DNA from: Eledone cirrhosa
Lineage: Eukaryota
DNA length: 64,000 bases
Direction: 5' to 3'
NCBI GenBank assembly: GCA_964016885.1
Contig: OZ024750.1
Span: forward strand, 48,608,001 to 48,672,000
This document shows positions 1-14,593 of this stretch, in pieces. Position 1 is the stretch's first letter; each line of letters opens with the position of its first letter. Under the pieces are notes generated by a model. That model saw only the letters and a program-made list of their open reading frames with translations. It searched no databases and was not told the origin of the DNA. Both the position numbers and the translations under genes were made by a program.

Positions 1-1015
1 ACGATCGCTCTATTCTGTTATTTAATGAAATGTTTTTGGATTTCATAATACAAAATAATTCCATATTACATAATTTACAAAATTCCTGTCCGTGGGATAA
101 TGGAGGGGCAGACGCTACTATATCCCATTTTAGGTTAAATTGTTGGTTATTTTCACGCAGCTGCCAAGCCTTGTCTGCGAGTCTTGGTACATAACGCTGG
201 TTTTCATGTTTTATCGAGTAACGATGTCTATAAAGACGTGATTTGAAGGAGGTGGCTGTAGATCCCACATAGTACCACTTCTGTCTATCCGATTCGATAG
301 TACATTTGTATATTATGTTGCGTTCAAGACACTGATTGCTCAACGGACAGATTCCTGGTTGGACACAGTTACAGTTATAATTTTGCGTTGTTGTATTGCC
401 AAGGATGGGTTGATGAGGTTGCTTAGGTAGGACAGGATGTTGTTTGTTGTTTTGTGATGTTATAGCTAATGTGTTACGTGTATTGCTATGTGTTGGAAGG
501 CGTTTATACAACCGTTTTCCGTTAAGCTTTTTATATGTTGTTCAATATTAGGGGCGGTTGAATATGAAAGTCGAATAGTGTTAGGGTTTAAGATTTTATT
601 ATATTTATGTGATGTTGGAAAGTGTTTTTTAACTAATCGAAAGAATTGTGAGGGTAGATTGGTTTTAATAGAGTTGTTATAGACCGTGTTGTACCATATA
701 TACTCTTTACATCGCCTTCTGTTTGGTGGTGTGCGAATATTATTGTGTCTATTGCGGTAGTGTATGTATGGTGGTGATTCTGTGCTATTTCTATCCCTAT
801 GGGATTTATTTTGGGTGTTTTGGTGATCTTCGACTATATACTCTATATTATCTAGGTGTGCGGCCTTCCTAAGTGCATCATCATAATATTCGGCATGTTC
901 TTTGAAGGTTTGTTGGTTGGACAACAGGCGGGAGATTCTAAGAGAAAGATTTCTAGGGATGGATTTAATTATAGAGAGTGGATGGTTAGAACTCGTATTT
1001 ACATATTAGTGATCG
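1..1015 (-). mobile_element. Penelope-like element, Naiad-type, degenerate 3' part (RT thumb/linker plus GIY-YIG endonuclease)
   Basis: ORF 466..924 has IWYN..KTNL..FF.LVKKHFP..HKY.KILN.NTI.LSYST.PN. Manual minus-strand translation of 1-380 gives YNCNCVQPGICPLSNQCLERNIIYKCTI...YYVGSTATSFKSRLYRH (CxC..CPL..C plus GIY-YIG). Frameshifted. Confidence 0.85.
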
Positions 1016-1720
1016 TTATACTGTAACCATCGCTTAAAATCTACATTTTCATATTACAAATACTTCCAGGATTGAACGCCTGTCTCCATCTCCGTTTGAT
1101 TGTCAAAATATATAACATTCTCTATTAGTCTTAATTCTATCAACTCTTCTATTATTTACCATATAATATAAACTGCTATAGATAAAATGAGATTTCTTAA
1201 TTCAATTCCCTAATGCATATACCAGCTGGCTACTAGTATTGATGTTATTCAGTAGCAGCCGAAATCTCCCCTTCCTTAATTGACACTTTATAATTAATAC
1301 TACTACATCAAATGACCAGCCCTGTCCATTGTTCAATTGGTCAAGTATAGATTAAAATAGGCACTCCGCAAAATTCTTATTTAGATAAAATAAACCATTT
1401 ACTCATTGTATTCTCATTAGAAACCCTTTATATACTTGTTTAGCAGTAAATTGAATTACCATCTGTCGTATACTATCCCCTCTCTTCTTCCTCTATTACA
1501 ACTAATATAAATACTTCAATGTTTCTGATTTTTTCCAATTTATCCAAAATCTCTGAAGAAGTGACAACTGATTATACATTTGCTGTCGAATACTTGCTAA
1601 CATTATATGATTACGCAAGCAGCGATACATAGGTATTCCGTCTGTTACAGAAACATATGGCAATACCTAATAAATTCCCTTTTTTTTAAAAAAAAGCACA
1701 TTCATTTTATATTCATCTTT

Positions 1721-1761
<41 letters not shown>

Positions 1762-1763
<2 letters not shown>

Positions 1764-4700
1764 TGGTAAAAAGGAAAAGAAAATGCTGACAAATTGTTCC
1801 CAGTGAAAAATAGTTTAATTAGGAATAAGTAAAAATTAGTAATAGTATTGTTTAGTATTCAGTTTTGGCTTTAATTTTTACCGGTTGCGCATTTCTAATG
1901 CTTTTCAAAAATAATTTTGAGATAGAGCGCCCGTGATGTTTGCTCTAATCTGATTAGTTTTGGAAATTCTACCTGTTTCATGTAAAAAAAAGTGGCTCCA
2001 GATGTATGAAAAAATTATTGTGATCAAACAATTTTGATTGGTCGGTAGAGGTAATGTGAATGTTAAAAATTGATTTTGCGCCAAATGTAGGTTTGTCTCG
2101 GCTGATTGAGAAGTCACTGAAAAATAAGTATTTCAAGACAAATATGTGTGTCTGTGTGGGTGTGTGTAGTAGTAGTAAAGAGGTTCGTTGTTGTGATAAT
2201 GGTCAGCAGGGATGCGTGTGCGATCCGCAGCCTGTTGACAGTTCAAATGCCTATTGTGACAAGTGTGTGTGTGTGTGTGTGTAGCAGAGTAATTCGTGGT
2301 AGAGGGATGGTCATTAGGAATGTGTGTGTACGTGTGTGGTGGTATTTTAACATGTTAAAAGATATTTTTCAGCTCTTATATTATACGGAGAAGTGTGTGT
2401 GTGTGTATATGTCTCTTTGTATGCTAATGTACGCGTGTGTATGTGTGTGTGTGTATATATGTGTATGTGTGTATATATATACATATGTGTGTGTGTGTGA
2501 GAATATGTGTGTGTGTGTGTGGGTGGACCAGTATTTGTGTGATACTGGTAATAATGGTGTACATTAATTGATATTTTCAGTAAAAACGATTCTCTCAATA
2601 GAACATCAAAAACCTTAATAATAAAAGGTGTGAAATGATATATAGTATTGGCATAATACCAAGGTGTGTGTGAGTGTCCATATTGTACGTACTGCAAGGG
2701 GAATCCATTAGGCATTGCCGTATTGGAATACTTGTGTACAAATATATATGTGCCCATCAGTGTGCAATGCATGTGTGCGTATATGTATGTGTGTGTGTCG
2801 GCACGTTTATATCTATAGACATCAAAACGTATGCAAATTTCTGTATATTTGTGTTGCACCATAGAACACGTGTGTTTACGTATGTCATTGTGTTTATATG
2901 TGGATAGAGATGTATGCAGATGTATGTATGTATGTTGACGTGTGTATGTTGTGGGTTCGTCTTAGGGAGAAGTGTTTAGACGGGGTCCGTATTTGTTAAT
3001 AAAGTGAGATTCCTTGCTGATGCGCTGAGTGTGGGTGATATTATCTTTAAATTTGCTGAGGGGAAAGATTCTGAAGTTGGGATGATTTTGGGCGACAAAG
3101 GTATCAATGTGTTCACTCTGTGGTATTTTCCTGTATTCCCGTATTTTAATTTGGGATCTATGGACAGTCATGCGTTGGCGGGGGCTGTTTTGGGTCTGGC
3201 CTATGTATTTTTCTCGACAACCTGAGCAAGTTAATACATATATTAGATTTTCTGATGCGCATGTGAAGTTGTGTTTTACTATAAAACGTTGTCCTTCTTT
3301 GAAATAGAATTCCGAAGCCTCTATTAGGTTGATGCATATGCCAGAGTTGGGTCTATCGCATTGTTTTACTGTGGGGTTCGTTGTTGCGGTAGGCAGTATT
3401 TTGGCATGTGTTAGGATGTTTTTCATTGACTTAGATTGTCTTTTGCTCTTTATGATATCGTATGTTCGTAGGATTTGGTTCATTCTATGGTCCCTTTTCA
3501 ACACATGGATGTTCTGGAGGATGGTGTTAAAGGCCTCATTGTTGAGGAGGTTGTGTGTAGAGATGTATGGAAGAGCTTTTAGTTTCGGTTGATTTACTTT
3601 AGCGTGTCTAAGGTCCTGGGTACTGAGTTTTAGGGCACGTTGGATTCCATTGTCAATTAGTGATGCAGGGTAGTCCCTGCCTATGAGTGTGTCCTTTAGT
3701 TCTTGTAGCCGTAATTAGCAGGTCTTTTTATTGGAGACTATACTACTGATTATCTTGGCTAAGTTGTAGGGAATATTAATGTTGACGTGTCTATGGTGGC
3801 AAGAATTGAAAGGAAGATATTGCTTGGGGTCTGTGAGCTTGTAGTATATGTCTGTTTCCATTTTTTGTCATGGATCTTAATGAGGATATCGAGGAAGGGG
3901 AGTTGTTGATGGCTGTATTCCATCGTGAAGTTAATATTCGTGTTGAGCCCTTTTATAAGGGTGTGAAATTCTTTAAGTTTCTCGATGTTTTCGTGCCAAA
4001 GGATGAAGCAGTCATCGAGATATCGCTTCCAGTTCCTTTATATGTGTAAGTGGAGAGTGTTTCAAAATTTGTTTTGTACTTTAGTGTAGAGGGTGATTTC
4101 CAGGTATCCCATGACTAGGTTGGCATAAGTGGGGGGCTGTTTTCGTTCCCATAGCTGTCCCAGATTTCTGCCTGTAGGATTTGTTATTGAAAACGAAGTA
4201 ATTGTTCTCCAAGATAAATTTCAGTCCCTCTATCACGAATTCTTTTCTGATGCGTTGTGGGAGTTCATTGTGGTAATTATCCAGCCAGGATTGGATAGCT
4301 TCTATTCCTAGGTTGTGGGAGATGTTGGAGTATAGGTTGACTACATCGAACGTCATTAGTAGGGTTTGTTCAGAAAGGGGCATATTAGGGATGTGATTGA
4401 GCATATCTAGGTCGTCCCTTATATAGTTTTTGATGTGTTTGAGAAAAGGCTTGAAAAGGGTATCAATGAAGTTGCTAAGGCGGTGGGTTTCGCAAGCGGG
4501 GCCTGCTGTTATAGGTCTTAATTTGAGATCATTGGGTGAAGGGACATTGATGACTATGTCTGTGGCTTCCTTGAATGCCTTACTTATTAATTCCCTTTTA
4601 TGTACTTTAGGGATACCGTAGAAAAGGTTAGATTTAGTTGTGAAGTCTTTGATGAAGCTGAATTCCTTGTTAGTAAGTCCTTCTTTGTATTGGTTGATCA

Positions 4701-6482
4701 GAGTTTTTAGGTTTCTCATAATTTTCGGTTGATTGTAGTGTTCAGCCTTTTCCTAGTATGTTTCGTTTTCCAAAGTGGAGAGTGCTAAGTTGATATAGAA
4801 TTATGTCTCCATTAGGACTACTGTACTCCCTTTATCAGCCTCTTTAATTGTACTGGTTCTTTCGGTGTTTAATCTATTTAATTCTTCCCATTCTTTCTTG
4901 TTGAGGTTTGGCTTGTGTTTTTGTCTGTGCAATTGTTGGTAGGGGAAGTTTGTGATGTGTTCACAGAATTAGTCCAGGATTTTATCTCTACCTTTTGATG
5001 GGGTGTAATTTCTTCTATTTCTGGCTAATGATTCATCCTCATTTTAAGTAGATGAGGTTGGATGTTGGTTGTGCACTAGTTAGATTGATAATTTTTATTA
5101 CTCTCGGGTTCTCCTCCGTGTCTTGTGTTATTTTGTTTGCCTGTATCTGTGTGCTGTGTCTAAAAAATGGTTGGGGTAGAGGGGTGTCTGCTGATGTTAA
5201 GTGGTCTCCTGTGTTTCTTATATTCCTTGTTGTTGTAAAATGTGGTTCGGGTTCGTGGTGGTAGATTGAATGGGGTGTTCCTGTATTGCGAGTATGGATG
5301 TGTGTTTCTATGTGCCATGTTGGATTGTGGTGTTATAGGTGGCCTACGTTATTGGTTGTATCGTGTGGTGGGGGTTTGTTGTGTATTGTGGAAGAGAGAG
5401 TTGAGAAAATGGAAATTACCTTGCTGTCCCCTTGAAGCGGGGAAGTTGTTACATCTATCATGGCGGTGGTATCTTTTCCCTATGTTTGACGATGAGGCAT
5501 CCGCGTAGTAGGTGACTGATTTGGTATGATGTCTCCTTGAAGGGGGAAAATTGTAAATGTCATTCTGGGGGAGATGGTTTCTAGGGTTTGTGTTCCTTCT
5601 TATGCTAGCGAGGTTGGGAAGTTCATATTCGTTGTGGTGCTTCCTTCTTCTTTTGTTAGTGGCAGAGGGGTTTGCGAAGTTGTTGTGCGGTTCGGTGATG
5701 GGTTTTCCTACTTTTATGATTCCCCTTGAAGTACGTGCAATCTGAACACTCACACACACCTTGGTATTTTGCCAATACTATATATCAGTCCACAACTTTT
5801 ATTATTAAGGTTTTTGATGTTCTATTGAGAGAATCGTTTTTACTGAAAATATCGAATAATTTACACCATTTTTACCAGTATCTCAAAAAGACTGCCCCCA
5901 CACATATATATACACACACACATACACACGCGTACATTAACATACAAAGAGACATACATACACACACACACACACACACACCTGTCTTAATAGGCATTTG
6001 AACTGTCAACAGCCTGCGGATCGCACACACATTCCTGCTGACCATTATCACAACAACGAACCTCTTTACTACTACTACTACACACACACACACACTTATT
6101 TGTCTTGAAAGACTTATTTTTCAGTGACTTCTCAATCAGTCGAGACAAACCTACATTTGGCGCAAAATCAATGTTTAACATCCACATGACCTCTACCGAC
6201 CAATCAAAATTGTTTTGACCACAAACATTTTTTTCATACATCTGGAGCCACTTATTTTACATAAAACAGATAAAATTTCCAAAACAAATCAGATTAGAGC
6301 AAACATCACGGGTGCTCTATCTCAAAATTATTTTTGAAAAGCATTAGAAATGCGCAATCGGTAAAACTTAAAACCAAAACTGAATACTAATCAATACTAT
6401 TACTAATTTTTACTTATTCCTAATTAAACTATTTTTCACTGGGAACAATTTGTCAGCATTTTCTTTTCCTTTTACTAATATA
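1762..6482 (-). mobile_element. Penelope-like element (Neptune-like) with RT and GIY-YIG, flanked by inverted pLTR copies
   Basis: 4081..4719 is RT (FYGIPKVHK, LRPI, FDVVNLYSNI, GTAMGT); RYLDD lies at ~4012-4026; 2962..3504 has a Cys linker then LIYVLTCSGCREKYIGQT. Region 1762-2690 recurs inverted at 5727-6482. Confidence 0.9.
2962..4719 (-). pseudogene. Disrupted PLE reverse transcriptase plus GIY-YIG endonuclease ORF
   Basis: RT and GIY-YIG motifs are split over several frames by stops and frameshifts. Confidence 0.85.
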
Positions 6483-6523
6483 TCGTAACTCGTGTGTTAC
6501 ACCTCTATTCTTTTAAATATATC

Positions 6524-6870
6524 AGATGGTGGGTGGGTGCTACACGAGAATGCTGAGGATGGCTCTGAACATTAATCAGTATACACTGAGGATGAAAAAC
6601 TCAGAGCTGTATGGGAGCATCCCAAAAGTCAGCTCAAAAGTGACACAGAGGAGACTGAGGTTGGCTGGACATGCTCACCGACATCCAGAGTTGACATAGC
6701 ACTCAGTTCTCCTTTGGGAGCCCCTACATGGACACACTAGAAGAGATGCCCTAAGGACAGACACTGGTCTGTTGGAGATGCAGGATATGGCAGCGATAAT
6801 GAGGGACAGAGACCGCTGGAGAGAACTCGTCCATGGATCTCGGGAATTTTACCCGCCTTAGATAGATAGA
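6524..6870 (+). mobile_element. RTE-like LINE, 3' fragment
   Basis: Homologous to 57922-58280 (KVTQRRLRLAGHAHRHPE). Ends ttttacccgcc followed by (TAGA)n/(TA)n. Confidence 0.8.
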
Positions 6871-7005
6871 TATATATATTTAAATGGAAAAGAATGAAAC
6901 TAAATTGCATTTCTCACTCTTAGTCCGGCTGATACTTAAATGTATATATGTATGAATACGTACACACATACAGACGTACAGTCGGATGTATATATATACA
7001 TACAT

Positions 7006-7097
<92 letters not shown>

Positions 7098-7099
7098 GT

Positions 7100-8105
7100 A
7101 CTCCGTACAGTGTTCAGGCAACCATCGTCGCCTTTTTGTTCAACACTGAGACAGGGAAGATGTACTAGTTTTAAACTTATTAGCTACCGTCACCATCGTA
7201 TACCTTTCTGCTAGATGATTGAACGTCTGAAAGTACATACTATGCATATTAAAGGCTTAGCAGCCAAATTTGCATATCGAGTGAGGGGGCGGAAGTTATC
7301 TGTCGGAGAGGAACGGTTTGTGACCTCTGTTGTCCGTTGTTTGTGTGTAACTGAGGTATTATGTAGAACGCAGGTGCGCGCGAATAGGTACGGTCAAGCA
7401 AAGGTGAAACATCTCATTTTTATTGTAGGAGTGAGATGGCGTTAGCTGTCAATCCATTGAACTACCTATATGTACTGGTCTTTTTATACTATCAGTGTAG
7501 TAGTCTGTCTGGTCGCTTGTTGGTCGGAGGATGGTGAGGGCGCTAAACACACAATAACAATCGTTCGAATGCCACGGTGTGTGTGTGTGCGTGTGTTTTT
7601 GCCTCGTTGTTTACACCAGCCACTTCGTCTCGCTTTTCTTGGATCGGTTATTTATTTGTTGTCCTAGGTGTTTGATCCAAAGTGCTTCCTTGATTTGTAA
7701 CGTGCAGACGTTGCGTTCTGTCGCTAGCACTGTGACAATGGGCATTCCGTCTTTGTTTCCGCATTTGGTTAAGGGGTTTCCGGAAAGTCGTGACCCTAGT
7801 GTTGATGTACACCTTCATCCGGATATGTAGCGGCCGGATTGTGCTACCGATATAGTAGTGGTTGCACTTGTCACATTCTACCCTGTATACAAGGTATGTG
7901 CGTAAGCAACAGTTCAGAGGGCACATTGCACAGTTTCTGAAGGAACACGCGTCAGTCGATTTCTCGGGTTTCCTGGAGAGGCATCTCCGTAGGGATGGGC
8001 CCAAGTGGGCCAGGTGGATGTCAAGGCTCTCTCACCGTATAGCCCTGCGGATAACGTTGGTGGTTTTATCGCCTAGGCGTGAGAATATAAGGAGAATATA
8101 AGGTG
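7100..8105 (-). mobile_element. Penelope-like element fragment (GIY-YIG plus 3' region)
   Basis: ORF 7648..8004: C.MC...CLRTYLVYRVECDKCNHYYIGSTIRPLHIR. Confidence 0.8.
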
Positions 8106-8126
8106 ATTGTATATATATATATATGG

Positions 8127-8177
<51 letters not shown>

Positions 8178-8337
8178 ATATCTATCTCTCTATATATATA
8201 TGTAGGAGGTGAGTTTTATTGTAGTACAATAAAGCAATGCAGATATCGGATAAGAAGCACTCTACAGTTTGTAGGACTTGAGTATATATAATGCACTATC
8301 CACAAGTGTTTTTTAACCTTCATATCATGCCTTCCTG

Positions 8338-8404
8338 TTTTATCTGATGAAAACACAAATATTATTGCATGATGATATTTGTTTTTGAAATGCGTATAAT
8401 AAAA
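8338..8404 (+). ncRNA. Type I hammerhead ribozyme (family A)
   Basis: TTTTAT-CTGATGA-stem II (AAACACAAATATTA/TGATATTTGTTTTT)-GAA-ATGCGTAT-A-ATAAAA. Confidence 0.7.
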
Positions 8405-8433
8405 TACATGGAACTCTTTTAACCGTCTTTTTT

Positions 8434-8806
<373 letters not shown>

Positions 8807-8869
8807 TACCTGTACTAGACACAGAGCTCTGGTTATATACCGTTAATAACAAAAAAACAAATCCTCCAT

Positions 8870-10140
8870 TCCCATTATGCCAAAACCATGACTTCCAAAT
8901 ATCTGATCCACCGAAACTCGAAACTCAGCTGTTTCGGACCATACCAAAATCAACATACTGATTGCGGATTTGGTACGGGTGATGAGAAACGTATCCCGCA
9001 TGTGCAACCCCGAAGCACTAGATAGACACATACAACACTTCATCCACCGTATGCAGTTCTCTGGTTAAAATCAGAGAGATAAAATCAGAGTGTATATAGG
9101 AGCCAGAACCAAATGAAAAAAATCGTAAATAATGATGCAAATGGGACCTGCCCCTTGTATAGGAGCAACTTTTGGAATGGAATAGAAAGAACTAGGAATA
9201 AGGCTAATAGAATAAACTCATGGTATGATAGCAAATAAATACCAGAGTGTAATGTTCATCGATACAACCCCTTAGCTTACACATTTAGAAGGGCCCTAGA
9301 TAAACAAAACTCTAATAAGTGTTTTTATGGAGGTATCTGGTCTTTCTACTATCTTAGATAGTAGAAAGACCAGATACCTCCATAAAAACACTTATTAGAA
9401 AGACATACCCTTTTCAAAGACATCCGTGTATAGATAAGAAATGTATAATCTGTAAATTTAGCCCCCAAATTAACCGTAACACTAGAAATGAAGTATATAG
9501 CATAAGATGTACTGAAGGAGAATTTAGAGATAAAAATATAGTGTACATACGTGAGACAGCTCGTATTATAGGGGAACGGATAAATGAACTGGCGAGACCT
9601 TCAAGATAGTAAAGAATCATCTGTACTCTACCAACATGTTAAAATAGAACATAAGGGTAAATTAGAGAACATAGAAATAAAAATAGAATCTACACACAGA
9701 AAAGACGCAATGTTTAGACAAATCACAGAGACAATAAACATAAATAAACTCCAACCAAAATTAAATAGAAAACATGAGTGGAACAGCAACATCACAACTT
9801 ACTATTAAGGACAAAATGAAAACACACCCGCACATAGAACAAACAACCAACCAGTAACATGTAAAAAAACAAATAAAGAAACGAATATAAACACACACAG
9901 ACACCCGGATGTAACACATGCGTAAACTAAGAAGACAACACATACACAAAAACAAGATGTCGTAGGACAGAACAAAGGAGAGGCACAAAAACAAAGAATA
10001 TAATCCCCAGTCACTGAAGAGGTCACAGAATGTGTGAGGAAACAACTTTGACAATATATAAACAACCCTCTGGTTGTGGAACCAAGCAACCAACCGGAAA
10101 TTTATAAATTCCTAAATTTATAAATGTATTATAATAAATT
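8870..10140 (+). mobile_element. Penelope-like element, degenerate 3' part (GIY-YIG plus 3' UTR)
   Basis: Translation gives VYSIRC...YIRETARIIGERINE, SVLYQHVKIEH and RQITETININKLQPKLNRKHEW (ORF 9584..9808). Confidence 0.75.
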
Positions 10141-10286
10141 GAAGTGAAAGCAACTGGTCCGTGTGTTTCTTATTGGCAACATGACCCTCCCAAAGTATAA
10201 CAATATCGGTTTCAACACACGTTTACTGATAAAGAATCTTGCTAAACAAATTCAGAAACGAAATATATATATATATATATATATAT

Positions 10287-10645
10287 GTAAATATCTTTAA
10301 GTCGTTTGGAAACCTCGACAATGCAAATGGGTAAATCTCCGGGTAACAAGATCCGGTGGGGGAGAGAGAGATGTAAGTGGGTGTACGTTCAGATGCGTGG
10401 TGTGTATAAGAAGTGTGAGATATGTAGAATGAAAGGAAGAGTATAAAGGTAACTCTCTCTTGTGTTGTTATTTTTATTTTATCCTTTATACTCTTCCCTT
10501 CATTCTACATATCTCACACATCTTATACAGACCACGCATCTCAACGTACACCCACTTACATCTCTCTCTCCACCACCGGATCTTGTTACCCGGAGATTTA
10601 CCCATTTGCATTGTCGAGGCTTCCAAACGACTTAAAGATATTTAC
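10287..10645. repeat. Long inverted repeat (~163 bp arms, ~33 bp spacer)
   Basis: 10287-10449 is the near reverse complement of 10483-10645. Confidence 0.9.
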
Positions 10646-10685
10646 TTATTATTCTACAATGCTTCAAGCAAACTTCAATACTCTC

Positions 10686-10773
<88 letters not shown>

Positions 10774-10841
10774 TGCTCATATACATACTTATAATTAAGT
10801 ATCAGCCGTAGTAAGAGTGAGAAATGAAATTTAATTTTTTT

Positions 10842-10974
<133 letters not shown>

Positions 10975-11250
10975 CATGGAAAACATGAAATTTCATTTCT
11001 CATTCTTAGTGCGGCTGATACTTAAATATAAGTATGTATACGTACATACATATATGTATACAGACGTACAGTAGTATGTATATGCATACATACATTCACA
11101 CATATATTTGAACGTACGGGTTTACCGAACATGTATTATAATGTTCGGTAAACCCATAAGTACATATATATATATATGTCTGCATGTATGAGTGTATATA
11201 CATACTGCTGTACGTATGTATACATATATGTATGTACGTATGCATAGTTA

Positions 11251-12670
<1,420 letters not shown>

Positions 12671-12671
12671 G

Positions 12672-12713
<42 letters not shown>

Positions 12714-12740
12714 AAAGAATAGAGGTGTAACACAAGTTAT

Positions 12741-13118
12741 TATATATTGGTAAACGGAATAGAAAATGCTGACAAATTGTTCACAGTTGAAAAATGGTTT
12801 AATTAGGAATAAAAGTGTATTAGTGATTGTATGTGTTAGTATTCAGTTGTGGTTTTAAGTTTTTAAGTTTTTACCGGTTGCGCATTTCTAAATGCTTTTC
12901 AAAAATAATTTTGAGATAGAGTGTCCGTGCTGTTTGCAGCACGGACATTCTATCTCAAAATTATTTTTGAAAAGCATTTAGAAATGCGCAACCGGTAAAA
13001 ACTTAAAAACTTAAAACCACAACTGAATACTAACACATACAATCACTAATACACTTTTATTCCTAATTAAACCATTTTTCAACTGTGAACAATTTGTCAG
13101 CATTTTCTATTCCGTTTA

Positions 13119-13128
<10 letters not shown>
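12741..13128. repeat. Near-perfect 192 bp-arm palindrome of a PLE pLTR end
   Basis: Arms 12741-12932 and 12937-13128; sequence homologous to 1762-1935 and 6310-6482. Confidence 0.9.
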
Positions 13129-13187
<59 letters not shown>

Positions 13188-13705
13188 GAATATGTGTTAC
13201 TGCGAATGGAATTTAGTGGACAGTCTTTTCTCTGGCGACCAGCTCGGGGCACGATCGATGTGATGATCGAACCTGACTCTGAAAATCGCAAGGTCCTCAT
13301 ATACCTCTTGATTCTACGAAGTATAAATATATATATATGTATGTATGTATACATATAATAAGTTACATGAATATACCAATTTCACAGTTAAGGCACTGGC
13401 ATTTATTACCTATTTGACACGTGTTTCTCCAATTAACAGGTGAGCAATATTTGGAATTGATAGTCCAATTAGATCTATCGGAAAATTTCATTTCCAATGT
13501 TCATTCTGTCAGCACTGTGCTAAATCACCTCCTCAGAATTTAAGAATATATTCATCTGTGCGGGATGTCTTTAATATACACTCAGTCACATATATATATA
13601 CAGCTATGGAGAAGGTATGTCATCATATACGAATTTGGTTGTAGATACAGCAGTCTTATTGAAATGCACTAAGAGAAACTGTACATAGAGCAGATTGGTA
13701 ATAAC

Positions 13706-14593
13706 AATTGTTTCTACTTTCGGCACAAGGCCAGCAATTAATCCAGTACATTACTGGTACTTGTTTATTCGACCAGGTAAAGATTAAAGGCAAAGGGAAC
13801 CTCGGCGGGATTTGAATTCAGACTATACTGGGGCGTAACACTAGGCTGCAAAGCATGGAGTCCGACCTTTTACCGATACTGCCAATCCCCGGTAATATTA
13901 AAGATTTCTAGTATAGGCAAAATGCCAGTAATTTGGGGGAGGTGAAAGTCGATTAAATCGACCCTAGTACGTTACTGGTACTATATGTTATCGACCCCGT
14001 AAGGATGCAAAGCGAAATAACCTCGGCGGGATTAGAACTCAGACTATAAATGGGCGTAAATCTAGGCTGCAAAGCATGGCGTCCGACGTTCTACCGATAT
14101 TGCCAATCCCCCAGTAATATTAATAACATACCATTTGGATTGGCAGTACCGGTAGAGGGTCGGACGCCATGCTTTCCAGCATAGTTATGTCCCTTTACGG
14201 TCTGAGTTCAAATCCCGTCGAGGTTAACTTTACCTTTCATCTTTACGGGGTCGATAAAATAAAGTACCAGCAATGCACTGGGTATTTGCTGACCTTTTGC
14301 CAAATGTAGAAACAATTATATTCTTTTCAAGCAGTGGATTGGCAGTATCGGTAGAGGCTCGAACACCATGCTTTGCAGCACAGATTTACGGCCCTCTATG
14401 GTCTGAGTTTCTACTTGTGGTACAAGGCCAGCAAATTACCCCAGAGCATTACTGGTACTTTATTTTATCGACCCCGTAAGGATGAAAGGCAAAATTAACC
14501 TCGGCGGGATTTGAACTCAGAAAGTAAATGGCCATAACTCAATGCTGTAAAGTATGGTGTCTGACGCTCTACCGATGCTGCCAATTCACCGCC
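13706..14593. mobile_element. Cluster of ~5 tRNA-derived SINE copies in mixed orientation (octopus OK/OR-like)
   Basis: A-box-like tggcagtatcggtagag, B-box gagttcaaatcc, central gcctttcatccttacggggtcgataaaataaagtaccag, tail ccttgtgccaaaagtagaaacaatt. Confidence 0.85.

Noticed and set aside
1549-1627. CTGAAGA...GACA/TGTC-GAA..CTTGC/GCAAG hammerhead-like relic
   Set aside because: Several core and junction mismatches; too degenerate to call
6330-6366. TTGAAAA...GAAATGCGCAA in the Neptune-like pLTR as a hammerhead
   Set aside because: No valid stem II or stem I adjacent to a core heptamer
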